Assembly: GCA_964016885.1 (NCBI GenBank)
Contig: OZ024758.1
Coordinates: 24,552,001-24,616,000 of the forward strand
Source: Eledone cirrhosa
Lineage: Eukaryota
Direction of reading: 5' to 3'
Length of the DNA: 64,000 nucleotides
Below, in pieces: positions 26,658 through 40,085 of this stretch. The notes below the pieces were generated by a model that had not been told where the DNA came from, made no database searches, and saw only the letters and a list, made by a program, of their open reading frames with translations. The translations under genes and the position numbers were made by a program. The number at the start of each line of letters is the position of its first letter. Within the stretch, counting starts at the first letter, position 1.

Positions 26658-27498
26658 TGGCTATGTTCGATATGCAGAAAAGGAATTGGCATAAATTCTA
26701 TAAAATGCACACAATGCAGATCCTGGGTACACAAGAGATGTAGCGGGTTAGCAGGCAAACTAACAGGTAGGGAGAAATATGTATGCAGTAGATGTACAGG
26801 GAAATTAGACAGTAAAAGTCGCACTGATAGACACATTTTTCAAATGCAGGCGGGTGCTATAGAAGTGGTGGATAGCTTCCGGTACCTAGGAGATCAGATT
26901 AGCCTGGGAAGGGGGGGGGGGGTCCGAGGCCATAGTATCTAGAATAAGGACGGGTTGGAAGAAGTTTAGGGAGCTGCTTCCTCTGCTGACGAAGAAGGGT
27001 TTCTCCCTGTGTACGAAAGGCCAGTTATATGATGCCTGTGTGAGGAGCGCGATGCTGCATGGTAGTGAGACTTGGGCAGCAACTGCAGAGGATATGCGAC
27101 GGCTGGAGAGAAATGAGGCAAGCATGCTCCGTTGGATGTGCAGTGTCAAAGTGCGTGAACGACCCAGCATGAATGTGTTGAGAGAGAAACTGTGTCTGAG
27201 AGGGATAGAATGTAGTGTACGGGAGAGGAGACTGAGGTGGTATGGACATGTGATGCGCATGGAGGATGACCAATGGGTGAAGAAGTGCCAGGAAATGCCA
27301 GTTGAAGGAAGACGTGGTAGAGGTAGACCACGAAAAACATGGGCGGAGGTGGTGAGAACAGACCTCAGATCGCTGAAGCTCACGGTGGAGATGACGAAGG
27401 ACCGTGACAAGTGGAGAAAAGCTGTGCTGAATAAGACCCGTCCCACCCTTGCAAGCAAGGAAGAGCGGAAGTAAAATGATGATGCTGATGATGATGAT
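26658..27498 (+). mobile_element. 5'-truncated RTE LINE, subfamily B, starting at the PHD finger
   Basis: WLCSICRKGIGINSIKCTQCRSWVHKRCSG...YVCSRC, then VVDSFRYLGD, HGSETW, RLRWYGHV, (GAT)n. Confidence 0.92.
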
Positions 27499-27639
27499 GT
27501 ATATATATGTCGTAGCCAGACGTGATGTTCCTACACTCTCGTTCTTGTAGAAGACATAGAAAGATATCTTACATTGTTCTGACAACTTGGTTAATAATTA
27601 ATTATCTCAGCTATTCCTAATAAAAAACATTGAATGAAC

Positions 27640-27651
27640 AATACATATAAC

Positions 27652-27683
<32 letters not shown>

Positions 27684-28161
27684 GTGTATATATATATATA
27701 CACATACACACATAACATATATATATATACACATATAACATATATATATACACATACACACATAACATATATATATATATACACATATAACATATATATA
27801 TGTATATATATATACACATACACACACACATAACATATATATATATACACATATAACATATATATATGTATATATATATACACATACACACACACATAAC
27901 ATATATATATATACACATATAACATATATATATGTATATATATATACACATACACACACACATAACCTATATATATACACATATAACATATATATATGTA
28001 TATATATATATACACATACACACACACATAACCTATATATATACACATATAACATATATATATGTATATATATATATACACATACACACACACATAACAT
28101 ATATATATATACATATAACATATATATATATACACATAACATATATATATATACACATAAC

Positions 28162-28198
<37 letters not shown>

Positions 28199-28827
28199 CA
28201 TAACATATATATATATACACATATAACATATATATGTATATATATATACACATACACACACACATAACATATATATACACAAATAACATATATATGTATA
28301 TATATATACACATACACACACACATAACATATATATACACAAATAACATATATATATGTATATATATATACACATACACAACATATATATATACACATAT
28401 AACATATATATATATATATAACATATATATATATAACATATTTATTAAAATAACAGATTAAAGTTTATATATATATATATATATATATATAACATATATA
28501 TATACACATATAACATATATATATATATATAGACACATATAACATATATATATAGACACACGTATATAACATATATATATGACATTTAACATATATATAC
28601 ACAACATATATATATACACATATAACATATATATAGACACACATAACATATATATAGACACACATAACATATATATAGACACATATATAACATATATAGA
28701 CACATATATAACATATATATATATATATATAGACACACATATAACATATATATAGACACATATATAACATATATAGACACATATATAACATATATAGACA
28801 CATATATAACATATATATATGTATATA
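27640..28827. repeat. Compound (TA)/(CA) minisatellite
   Basis: catataacatatat modules; the same motif resumes at 32208-32255. Confidence 0.9.
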
Positions 28828-31800
28828 TCATCATCATCATCATCACCGTTTTACGTCCGTTCTTCCACGCTAGCATGGGTTAGACGGGTTGTCCTGTTGT
28901 GGGCAGTGTCTGGTCGGCTGACCATGCCTTGCTCATACAGGAACTGATCTGGCTTGATTTCTACAGCTGGATGCCCTTCCTAACACCAACCTCATTTACA
29001 GTGAGTGCTGGGTGCTTTTTCGTGGCGCCTACACGTCCACTTTACAGTGTGGGCTGGGTGCTTTTTTGCCGTGGCACCTCCACGACCACCTTGCGGTGGG
29101 GGGGGGGGGGGGGGCATATTGTTTATATGCTTCAGCATGTACCCATGGGAGGTCGGGTACCCTGTATTACTGCGTGACGCCAGAAGTCACGGTCGTGTGT
29201 CATTGACTTTGAGAGGTGTAGTTGGGTAAGGTCGGCTTTTATCACCTCATCCCAAGTCATCTTGGGTCTCCCCACTCCGCGGTTTCCATCAACTTCTAGT
29301 GCTCTGCACCTTTTTATGCAGCTGTCATCCTTCATACGCATCACATGTCCATACCAGCGTAACCGCCTCTCCTGCACGCAGCATTTGATTCCTCTTATGC
29401 TCAGTCTCTCTCTCAATTCATTTATGCTTTGTCGTTCACGTATATTACTGTTACACATCCATCGGAGCATGCAGGCTTCGTTTCTCTCTAATCTACGTAA
29501 GTCTTCCACCTTCAGCGCCCAGGTCTCACTACCATGCAACATCGCTGTTCGGATACACGCATCATACAGTCTGCCTTTCATTCTGAGGGAGAAGCCTTTT
29601 GCAGCTAGCAGTGGTAGTAGTTCCCTAAACTTCTTCCATCCCGTTCTTACCCTAGTTATTGTACTTTCTGAGCACCCACCTCCGTTGCTAATTCGGTCAC
29701 CTAGGTAGCAGAAGCTGTCTACTGTTTCTACAGGGCCCTCCCAGAGATTGGTGGTACTTGTTTCCTGTGGCTGTTTGCTTGCTGTTTCAGCACAGCTGCT
29801 GCATGTGAATCCTACATTCTTAATTAAGCTTCCTGAGATCCCGCTACATCTCTTGTGTACCCATTGTTTGCATTTGGGGCAAAGAATGGAGTTCCTACCT
29901 ACACCTTTCCTACATACTGAGCAAGGCCATTTCCCTGAGGGGATCTGGGTTCTGTTTTCTCGTCTACTTATAAGGACCTTAGTCTTTGTCATGTTGACTT
30001 TGAGGCCCTTTCTCTCTAGTCCCTGCTTCCAGGTTTGGAATTTATTCTCTAGTTCTACCATAGATTCAGCTATGAGTGCGAGGTCATCAGCATACAGGAG
30101 TTCCCATGGGCATCCGGTCTTAAACTCCTCCGTTATTGCCTGCAGGACTATGATGAACAGGAGAGGGCTAAGAACAGAGCCCTGGTGGACCCCAACCTGT
30201 ACGCTAAATTCCTCGCTATACTCATTGCCAATCCTAACTTTGCTGACTGCTCCCCTATACATGGCTTGTACCGCTTTCACAAGCCATTCATCTACTCCTA
30301 GTTTTCTAAGAGCCCACCAGATTACTGCACGTGGAACTCTGTCAAAGGCTTTCTCAAGGTCGACAAATGCCAAGTAGAGTGGCTTACTTTTAGCTAGGTA
30401 CTTTTCCTGTAATTGCCTCACAAGGAAGAGCGCATCAGTGGTGCCTTTCCCTGGAACAAACCCAAATTGCATCTCGTCTATATTCACCCGGTCCCTAATC
30501 AGCTGTGCTATAACTCTTTCTGTTACTTTCATGACCTGGTCCATCAACTTTATACCTCTATAGTTTCCTCTATCTAGTGCATCGCCTTTACCTTTGTAGC
30601 AGTTGACAATGATGCTACTGCACCAATCTTTTGGTATGGCCCCCTCTAGTATTACCTGGTTAACGATACGTGTGGTTATAGTGTGACCTACAGACCCAGA
30701 TGCCTTCAGCATCTCGGCAGCTATACCCGATGGACCGGTTGCCTTCCCTATCTTCATATCTCTGATTGCCTTACTTACTACGCTGCCGCTGACTTGTACT
30801 GCTGGTCCCTCTATAGGGTCTACGTGGGGTAGGGTCTCTTCTTCCCATGCATTCTCCTCATTTAGTAATCTATCATAATGACTCTTCCATGCATCTTTCT
30901 TCTCAGCACTTGTGAGGGCAAGCTCACCTTTATCATTCCGGATACACTTCTCTCCAATGACATCACAACTATCTCTGACACACTGCCTCGCAATCTTGAA
31001 TACCTCCTGTTTCTGGTCCTCACGTTGTAAAACATGCTTGAATTTTCTATCCTCTGCTTCCCTCCTAGCTAAGTATACTTGTCGCCTAGCTTCCCTCTTG
31101 GTCTCTATGTAATGTACCCTGCTCCCCCCGTTCTTCCATTCTTTCCATGCCTGTCTCTTGGCCTTGACTGCTTCATCTACCTTATTGTTCCACCACCAAG
31201 TCACTCTCCTCCTGCTTGAGGTCTTACTCCAGCCACAAACCTCATCCGTCGCCTCTAGTAAGTTATTTTTTAGGAACTCCCAGTTCTCTTCTACGTTAAA
31301 TGTCTCTATCTGTTCTTCTTTACTGTCGTAGGCGTTGAGTAAAATATCTTTAAATCTGTTACTGGTTGAGGGGACTTTCAGCTTCCAGATCTTTCTTCTC
31401 CAGGTTGGCCTCTGTTTCAGGGCTCGTCTAGTTCTGACCGTGAGGTCGCTGACAACTAAGCTATGTTGGGATGTACATTCCTCACTAGGGAAGGCTTTTG
31501 TGTTTACGACCGTCCATCTGTCACGTCCTCTGATGAGGATAAAATCTAACTGACTAGAGTGCTCCCCTGATCTATAGGTGATCAGGTGGTTGTCGGGTTT
31601 TTTAAAGTTTGTGTTACATATCGACATGTCATTGGCGTCGCAGAATTCTAGAAGTCTGAATCCTTCCTCATTCCTTGTGCCAACTCCATGGCCTCCATGT
31701 ACTCTATTGAAGCCGTCGCAGTGTTTACCTACGTGTCCGTTAAAATCTCCTGCAATGATTAGGAAGTCCTTGTCGTCTGTTAGAGCAGTAGTGTGTATTA

Positions 31801-32207
31801 GGGACTCGTAAAACCTATCCTTAAGTTCGTCTGGCAGCCCCGATTGGGGTGCGTAAGCTGATATTATTGTGGTAATTGTCTTATTCAGGACTAGTCTGAG
31901 TTTAATGATTCTTGCATTTACCCTGTACACTGAGATTACTTTATCTACCCACTTGTCAGCTAATAGTATACCTACACCACCCATCCCATCGTCATTTCCC
32001 ACCCAGAAAAATTTGTAGCACTGGCTTTTTCCTACAAGGACTCTAGCAGACCCTCCTCTCCATCTAGTCTCTTGCACACAGCATACATCAACTTCCTTTC
32101 GCTCTAGCATTTCTACGATTTCTCCTGCTCTTCCTTTCATTGAGCCTACATTGATGGTACCAACTCGGAGTTTTGGGCATTTGTCGACACTCGTAGGGGA
32201 GGGTGTT
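28828..32207 (-). mobile_element. Near full-length RTE-type non-LTR retrotransposon, subfamily A1
   Basis: Single APE-RT frame, 300-bp 3' UTR, (GAT)n tail; both ends abut TA-rich microsatellite; no 5' UTR. Confidence 0.95.
29132..32207 (-). CDS. LINE ORF: AP endonuclease + reverse transcriptase + internal PHD finger, no stops or frameshifts
   Basis: APE motifs GTINV, VQETRW, SAYAP, GDFNGH, LDFIL, SQHSLV; RT motifs YRGIKL, QFGF, DLEKAFD, GVHQGSVLSP, YADD, YLG. The track start at 32317 reads through unrelated sequence; first ATG is at 32140. Confidence 0.93.
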
Positions 32208-32280
32208 ATATATATACACATATATAACATATATAACACATATATATATATATGTACTTGTCTATACCATACTAATTCGA

Positions 32281-32335
32281 ACTGCCTGAAGAGGTCACAG
32301 CCAAAGATGGCTGTCACTGAAATATATATAGCAGT
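32281..32335 (+). ncRNA. Minimal type I hammerhead ribozyme motif with intact core
   Basis: actgc-CTGAAGA-ggtcacagcca(aaga)tggctgtcact-GAAA-tatata-TA-gcagt: stem I, core, stem II, palindromic stem III, AUA cleavage triplet. Confidence 0.82.
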
Positions 32336-32481
32336 AATAAACGAAGCTAAATTTTAATCATTTGACTTTTATTTAACTTTATTTTACACTACTCCGGAGT
32401 AACCAAACCAACCTGCGCACTTCGTCGAGTGCTCCAGCCTGCATACTGAGGTGTTGGTATACAACCAACATAGACTCAAAA

Positions 32482-32484
<3 letters not shown>

Positions 32485-32571
<87 letters not shown>

Positions 32572-32689
32572 CACCTTACAGAGATAGTGTGATAATATGT
32601 CTGTAAATGTGTGTTGTGTGGGTGTATAGATTGTTTTTCTTCCTATATATATGAATCTTCCTACATATAAATATATATGTATATACACA

Positions 32690-32776
<87 letters not shown>

Positions 32777-32897
32777 TATATATATATATATATACACATA
32801 TATATACACACTATATATATATATATATATATATACACACTATATATATATATATACATACACATATATACACACTATATATATATATATATATACA

Positions 32898-32976
<79 letters not shown>

Positions 32977-33075
32977 TATATATATATATATATATGTACA
33001 TACACACACACACACACATATATATGTATATATATATACACACTATATATATATATTTATTTATTTATTTATTTA
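32485..33075. repeat. (TA)n/(GT)n/(CA)n microsatellite cluster
   Basis: Direct inspection. Confidence 0.9.
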
Positions 33076-33134
33076 GTTATGTAATAAACAACATAAGATA
33101 ATTATTTCATTTACCAGTGGTTTATATACATATA

Positions 33135-33968
33135 TTGTGCTGAAGACTTGTGTAGATTAGAAAGAAACAGAGCCTGCCTGCTCTGATGTATGTTTAATAG
33201 TAATGTACGCGAACAGCAAAGCATAAACGGATTGAGAGAGAGACTAAGCATAAGAGACTAAGCATCAAATGTTGTGTGCAGGAGAGGAGATTGCGTTGGT
33301 ATGGACATGTGATGTGTATGAAGGACAACAGCTGTATAAAAAAAATGCAGAGTGATCAAAATTGATGGAAGCTACAGAGTGGGTAGACCAAGAAAAACCT
33401 GGGATGAGTTGATAAAAACTGCCCCTACTCACTTACACCTCTCTAAGATATTGTTACTGAATCGAGATCTTTGGCGCTATGCAGTTGTACAGAAGACCTG
33501 CTTTCCCTTGCATTCAAACTTAAACCTACAGTCAGTAGACACCTCTTAACCCAATATGCACCCCGCCCCACACACCCTACTCCTTCCTTCCATTTCCGAC
33601 CTCTGTAAAGTGGTCGTGTAGGAGACACGGTGAAATGGCTCCCAGTCCGCACTGTAAAGTGGTCGTGTAGGAGACACGGTGAAATGGCTCCCAGTCCACA
33701 CTGTAAAGTGGTCGTGTAGGAGACACGGTGAAATGGCTCCCAGTCCGCACTGTAAAGTGGTCGTGTAGGAGACATGGTAAAAAGGCCCTCAGTCGACACT
33801 GAAAATGTGGTTGGTGTTAGGAAGGGCATCCAGCCGTCTAAACCTGCCAGGGACAGATCTGTACAAGCGAAACACGGCCTCCTGACCAATCCCGCCTCAA
33901 GTGGAACAAAACCGTCCAACCCATACTAGCGTGAAAGATGCACATTAAACAATGATGATGATGATGAT
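33135..33968 (+). mobile_element. Degenerate RTE 3' end (A-type) with expanded 3' UTR repeat
   Basis: RRLRWYGHV, GRPRKTWDEL; 4x cactgtaaagtggtcgtgtaggagacacggtgaaatggctcccagtc. Confidence 0.85.
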
Positions 33969-34085
33969 ATATATATATATATAACAAAGGAAATGTGGTA
34001 AGGAACCGGGTGGACCATAACGCGCTAAAGTACTCAATACTTAGGGTAGTAGATATATATTATATATATACGTGTATATATATAT

Positions 34086-34087
<2 letters not shown>

Positions 34088-34116
<29 letters not shown>

Positions 34117-34418
34117 ACGTTTAACGTCCGTGTTCCACGCTTGCATGGGTTTGGACGGGGGTAGTCCCACTTGAGGCAAGAGTGGTTGTCTTGCTCGCAT
34201 AGGACTGTCTGGCAGGTTTTCTACAGCTGGATGCCCTTCCTAACACCAACCACGTTTACAGTGTGGGACTGGGAGGTTTTTACCGTGTTGCCTACACGGC
34301 CACATTACAGCGTGGACTGTGTGTTTATTTGTCGTGACACCTACACGATGTCATTTGTTTCGGCCTGGATGGCGCGGCACCAACATAACTTTACATAGAA
34401 CAGGGTGGTGTGGATGGG

Positions 34419-34420
<2 letters not shown>
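34088..34420 (-). mobile_element. RTE A2 3' UTR fragment
   Basis: Reverse complement of the 4050-4368 and 50480-50808 sequence. Confidence 0.85.
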
Positions 34421-34454
<34 letters not shown>

Positions 34455-34462
<8 letters not shown>

Positions 34463-34952
34463 GAGAAGAAAGAAGAATACTGCGTGGTTTGCACATGGGT
34501 TACATATGATAAAAATAGTCCTTCGTCAGTGATTTTCCAACCATCATTGGTATTTCATTGCATTAAAAATCAGATACCTCAGGTTGGTGCGAGCAATAAT
34601 CTAAAAAAAGTTATTGGGACCAGTAATTCGCGTAAAGCGAGGGGGACAAGTAAACAACATAGAAGGATAAAAACAAACCAAAGATAGGAAAATAAACAAG
34701 CAACAGCATAAGCTGGGTGGATTTCACGAGCGAGAGAGGTACAGACCGTGTTGATGTGTGTGAGATGTGAGCAAGAAGAGACCCACACAAGCCAAACGGG
34801 AGGAAGTGAGAAGGGGAGAAACAGAGAGTGAGTGAGTGGAAGTGTGAGGAAGAGGTCAGTCGAGAGAAAGTGTAACTGACAGAGGGGGCGAAAGAAGGTG
34901 AGAGAAAAAGAGAGAGCGGGGAAGCAGTAAGAGAGAAACAGACAAACGCAGA
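34455..34952 (-). mobile_element. Unclassified (TA)n-inserted element
   Basis: Its 3' 180 bp matches 53245-53430 (+); both flanks are TA tracts. Confidence 0.6.
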
Positions 34953-35004
34953 TATATATATGTATATATATATGTATATATATATATATAGATATATATA
35001 CTTA

Positions 35005-35038
<34 letters not shown>

Positions 35039-35083
35039 CACATATATATATATACACATATATATATACACATATATATATAT

Positions 35084-35130
<47 letters not shown>

Positions 35131-35136
35131 CTTATG

Positions 35137-35206
<70 letters not shown>

Positions 35207-35212
35207 CTTATG

Positions 35213-35254
<42 letters not shown>

Positions 35255-35269
35255 CACATATATATATAT

Positions 35270-35333
<64 letters not shown>

Positions 35334-35394
35334 ATATATACACATATATATATACACATATATATATATACATATATATATATACATATATATA

Positions 35395-36426
35395 TCATCA
35401 TCACCGTTTTACGTCCGTTCTTCCACGCTAGCATGGGTTAGACGGGTTGTCCTGTTGTGGGCAGTGTCTGGTCGGCTGACCATGCCTTGCTCATACAGGA
35501 ACTGATCTGGCTTGATTTCTACAGCTGGATGCCCTTCCTAACACCAACCTCATTTACAGTGAGTGCTGGGTGCTTTTTCGTGGCGCCTACACGTCCACTT
35601 TACAGTGTGGGCTGGGTGCTTTTTTGCCGTGGCACCTCCACGACCACCTTGCGGTGGGGGGAGTGGGGGCATATTGTTTATATGCTTCAGCATGTACCCA
35701 TGGGAGGTCGGGTACCCTGTATTACTGCGTGACGCCAGAAGTCACGGTCGTGTGTCATTGTCTTTGAGAGGTGTAGTTGGGTAAGGTCGGCTTTTATCAC
35801 CTCATCCCAAGTCATCTTGGGTCTCCCCACTCCGCGGTTTCCATCAACTTGTAGTGCTCTGCACCTTTTTATGCAGCTGTCATCCTTCATACGCATCACA
35901 TGTCCATACCAGCGTAACCGCCTCTCCTGCACGCAGCATTTGATTCCTCTTATGCTCAGTCTCTCTCTCAATTCCTCTATGCTTTGTCGTTCACGTATAT
36001 TACTGTTACACATCCATCGGAGCATGCAGGCTTCGTTTCTCTCTAATCTACGTAAGTCTTCCACCTTCAGCGCCCAGGTCTCACTACCATGCAACATCGC
36101 TGTTTGGATACACGCATCATACAGTCTGCCTTTCATTCTGAGGGAGAAGCCTTTTGCAGCTAGCAGTAGTAGTAGTTCCCTAAACTTCTTCCATCCCGTT
36201 CTTACCCTAGTTATTGTACTTTCTGAGCACCCACCTCCGTTGCTAATTCGGTCACCTAGGTAGCAGAAGCTGTCTACTGTTTCTACAGGGCCCTCCCAGA
36301 GATTGGTGGTACTTGTTTCCTGTGGCTGTTTGCTTGCTGTTTCAGCACAGCTGCTGCATGTGAATCCTACATTCTTAATTAAGCTTCCTGAGATCCCGCT
36401 ACATCTCTTGTGTACCCATTGTTTGC

Positions 36427-36427
<1 letters not shown>
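35395..36427 (-). mobile_element. 5'-truncated RTE A1 copy nearly identical to 28828-29872
   Basis: Only scattered substitutions versus the intact copy; begins at CKQWVHKRC; TA flanks. Confidence 0.95.
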
Positions 36428-36457
<30 letters not shown>

Positions 36458-36489
36458 CACATATATTATATATATACACACATATATAT

Positions 36490-36834
36490 AGTGGTTAGAG
36501 CATTAGCCTTGCAATCGAAAGGTTGTTCAATTCTCAGACCGGGTGATGTGTTGTTTCCTTGAGCAAGACACTTTATTTTGTAGAAATGAGATGATAGGGA
36601 CTGGGGTCCCTATCATTCCACTGCAAAGTGGTCGTGGAGGCGCCACGGCAAAAAAGCACCCAGCCCACACTGTAAATGAGGCTGGTGTTAGGAAGGGCAT
36701 CCAGCTGTAGCAATCAAGCCAGAATCAGTTCTCGTATGAGCAAGACAAGGTCAGCCGACTGGACACTGCCCACAACACGACAACCCGTCTAACCCATGCT
36801 AGCGTGGAGGAACGGACGTAAAACAGCGATGATG

Positions 36835-36835
<1 letters not shown>
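36490..36835 (+). mobile_element. Family S1 SINE with RTE-A1 terminus
   Basis: tRNA head and core, then ...gacaacccgtctaacccatgctagcgtggaggaacggacgtaaaac as in the A1 3' UTR. Confidence 0.85.
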
Positions 36836-36904
<69 letters not shown>

Positions 36905-37056
36905 GAAAAGTATAGAAATTGTTGTAACGAGAAGCTAACAGTATTCCATAACATATAAGTGACTATAGCGTCAAAATGGGAAAATAGTTAACATAAGATA
37001 TGGGAAAAATAATTCAGACTCAATTCAAAAGGAATCAGGATATAAATTCCAACGGA

Positions 37057-37109
<53 letters not shown>

Positions 37110-37469
37110 GAGAGAGAGAGAAGAGAGAGAGAAAGAGAGAGAGAGAAGAGAGGGGGGGGGAATAGGCAGATAAATAGATAGATAGATAGATAGATAGATA
37201 GAATGACAGATGGACATACATGTTACATATAGATATAATTCTATTGCCATTCAGGGGCTGCAGGAAGATGTTATAGCCAAAGTCTGGTAAAACATCTTTA
37301 TCATCTACTGCTACAAGAGGAAAAAAGATGTTACAGGAGAGCAAAGTAACTTCAGAGACATCAAATTACTTGACCTGCTTATTTAAAGTCACAGAAAAGA
37401 TTTATTGTAAAATTTATTAAAAATAGATGAGAATAAGGGTGGATTGATGCCAAGAAGAGGTACCATCGA

Positions 37470-37780
37470 CAGGGTTGAATTTGGATCTTGAGGGCCCCGG
37501 GGCATTTCAGATTTGTGGGGGCGGGGGTCTCATACACAAAAAATTAGAATACATAGCAACCACCCCCTGCAATTTTACCTATCAAAGTTAGCTTGGCGCA
37601 AGTAATTGCAATTGAAGAGTTATACATACAGGTATTACATTCAAAAATTCTAACTAAAACTAAAACTAAAACGCCCAACTGAGGGCACAAAATTACTACG
37701 GCCAGTGCTGGTGCACCCCCACCCCACACTGCAGGGGCCCGGGGGAATTGCCCCCCCCCCCCCCATTAAATCCGGCCCTG
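37470..37780. mobile_element. hAT-type MITE
   Basis: Imperfect TIRs cagggttgaattt / aaatccggccctg; 8-bp TSD accatcga / actatcga. Confidence 0.8.
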
Positions 37781-37902
37781 ACTATCGATGCCATCTTCTT
37801 AATGCGATAACCTACAGGAGACATATATAACCAAGAATACACCCCTATATTTAGCATTTCTTGATCTGGATACAAACCTTGACAAAGTTTTATGCATTAA
37901 GA

Positions 37903-40085
37903 CAGAGGTGTGCAACAGTTGGCCCCCGGGCCACAATCCGGGACTCCAGACCAGTCAGAGAGGCCCACGATGACTGTCTTTAAGTTTTACCTTGTAGGCT
38001 TATTTAGAATTTTTTCCTTAACTGTAATACTTCAGTCAGTTGACCTATACTAAAGGGCTTCACTGATAGGGTTATGTGTGTTATAATGTCCCAGTTGACC
38101 TATACTAAAGGGCTTCACTGATAGGGTTATGTGTGTTATAATGTCCCAGTTGACCTATACTAAAGGGTTTCACTGATAGGGTTATGTGTGTTATAATGTC
38201 CCAGTTGACCTATACTAAAGGGCTTCACTGATAGGGTTATGTGTGTTATAATGTCCCAGTTGACCTATACTAAAGGGTTTCACTGATAGGGTTATCTGTG
38301 TTATAATGTCCCAGTTGACCTATACTAAAGGGTTTCACTGATAGGGTTATGTGTGTTATAATGTCCCAGTTGACCTATACTAAAGGGCTTCACTGATAGG
38401 GTTATCTGTGTTATAATGTCCCAGTTGACCTATACTAAAGGGTTTCACTGATAGGGTTATCTGTGTTATAATGTCCCAGTTGACCTATACTAAAGGGCTT
38501 CACTGATAGGGTTATGTGTGTTATAATGTCCCAGTTGACCTATACTAAAGGGTTTCACTGATAGGGTTATCTGTGTTATAATGTCCCAGTTGACCTATAC
38601 TAAAGGGCTTCACTGATAGGGTTATGTGTGTTATAATTTCCCAGTTGACCTATACTAAAGGGTTTCACTGATAGGGTTATCTGTGTTATAATGTCCCAGT
38701 TGACCTATACTAAAGGGCTTCACTGATAGGGTTATGTGTGTTATAATGTCCCAGTTGACCTATACTAAAGGGTTTCACTGATAGGGTTATCTGTGTTATA
38801 ATGTCCCAGTTGACCTATACTAAAGGGCTTCACTGATAGGGTTATGTATGTTATAATTTCCCAGTTGACCTATACTAAAGGACTTCACTGATAGGGTTAT
38901 GTGTGTTATAATTTCCCAGTTGACCTATACTAAAGGACTTCACTGATAGGGTTATCTGTGTTATAATGTCCCAGTTGACCTATACTAAAGGGCTTCACTG
39001 ATAGGGTTATGTATGTTATAATTTCCCAGTTGACCTATACTAAAGGGCTTCACTGATAGGGCTATGTGTGTTTTAATTTCCCAGTTGACCTATACTAAAG
39101 GGCTTCACTGATAGGGCTATGTGTGTTTTAATTTCCCAGTTGACCTATACTAAAGGGCTTCACTGATAGGGCTATGTGTGTTTTAATTTCCCAGTTGACC
39201 TATACTAAAGGGCTTCACTGATAAGGCTATGTGTGTTTTAATTTCCCAGTTGACCTATACTAAAGGACTTCACTGATAGGGTTGTGTGTGTTTTAATTCC
39301 CAGTTGACCTATACTAAAGGGCTTCACTGGTAGGGTTATGTGTGTTATAATTTCCCAGTTGACCTATACTAAAGGGCTTCACTGATAGGGCTATGTGTGT
39401 TTTAATTTCCCAGTTGACCTATACTAAAGGGCTTCACTGATAGGGCTATGTGTGTTTTAATTTCCCAGTTGACCTATACTAAAGGGCTTCACTGATAGGG
39501 TTGTGTGTGTTTTAATTCCCAGTTGACCTATACTAAAGGGCTTCACTGGTAGGGTTATGTGTGTTATAATTTCCCAGTTGACCTATACTAAAGGGCTTCC
39601 CTGATAGGGTTATGTATGTTATAATTTCCCAGTTGACCTATACTAAAAGGCTTCACTGATAGGGTTATGTATGTTATAATTTCCCAGTTGACCTATACTA
39701 AAGGGCTTCACTGATAGGGTTATGTGTGTTATAATGTCCCAGTTGACCTATACTAAAGGGCTTCACTGGTAGGGTTATGTGTGTTATAATTTCCCAGTTG
39801 ACCTATACTAAAGGGCTTCCCTGATAGGGTTATGTATGTTATAATTTCCCAGTTGACCTATACTAAAGGGCTTCACTGATAGGGTTATGTGTGTTATAAT
39901 TTTCCAGTTGACCTATACTAAAGGGCTTCACTGATAGGGTTATGTATGTTATAATTTCCCAGTTCCATGTTATGGAAAGAAGTTGTGGTGAATCTTTGGA
40001 ATAATGCTTAATAAATATTAATGACCCTAATAGTTGTTCCAATGTTCAAAAGTGGCCCCCCAATGGAATATGTTGCACACCCCTG
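37903..40085. mobile_element. hAT-type MITE carrying a 55-bp satellite
   Basis: TIRs cagaggtgtgcaaca / tgttgcacacccctg; 8-bp TSD cattaaga / ctttaaga. Confidence 0.85.
38037..39964. repeat. 55-bp satellite, about 35 copies
   Basis: cagttgacctatactaaagggcttcactgatagggttatgtgtgttataatgtcc. Confidence 0.97.

Noticed and set aside
32208-32317. N-terminal extension of the 1061-aa LINE ORF
   Set aside because: Chance read-through across a TA tract and the antisense of the hammerhead element from a non-ATG start
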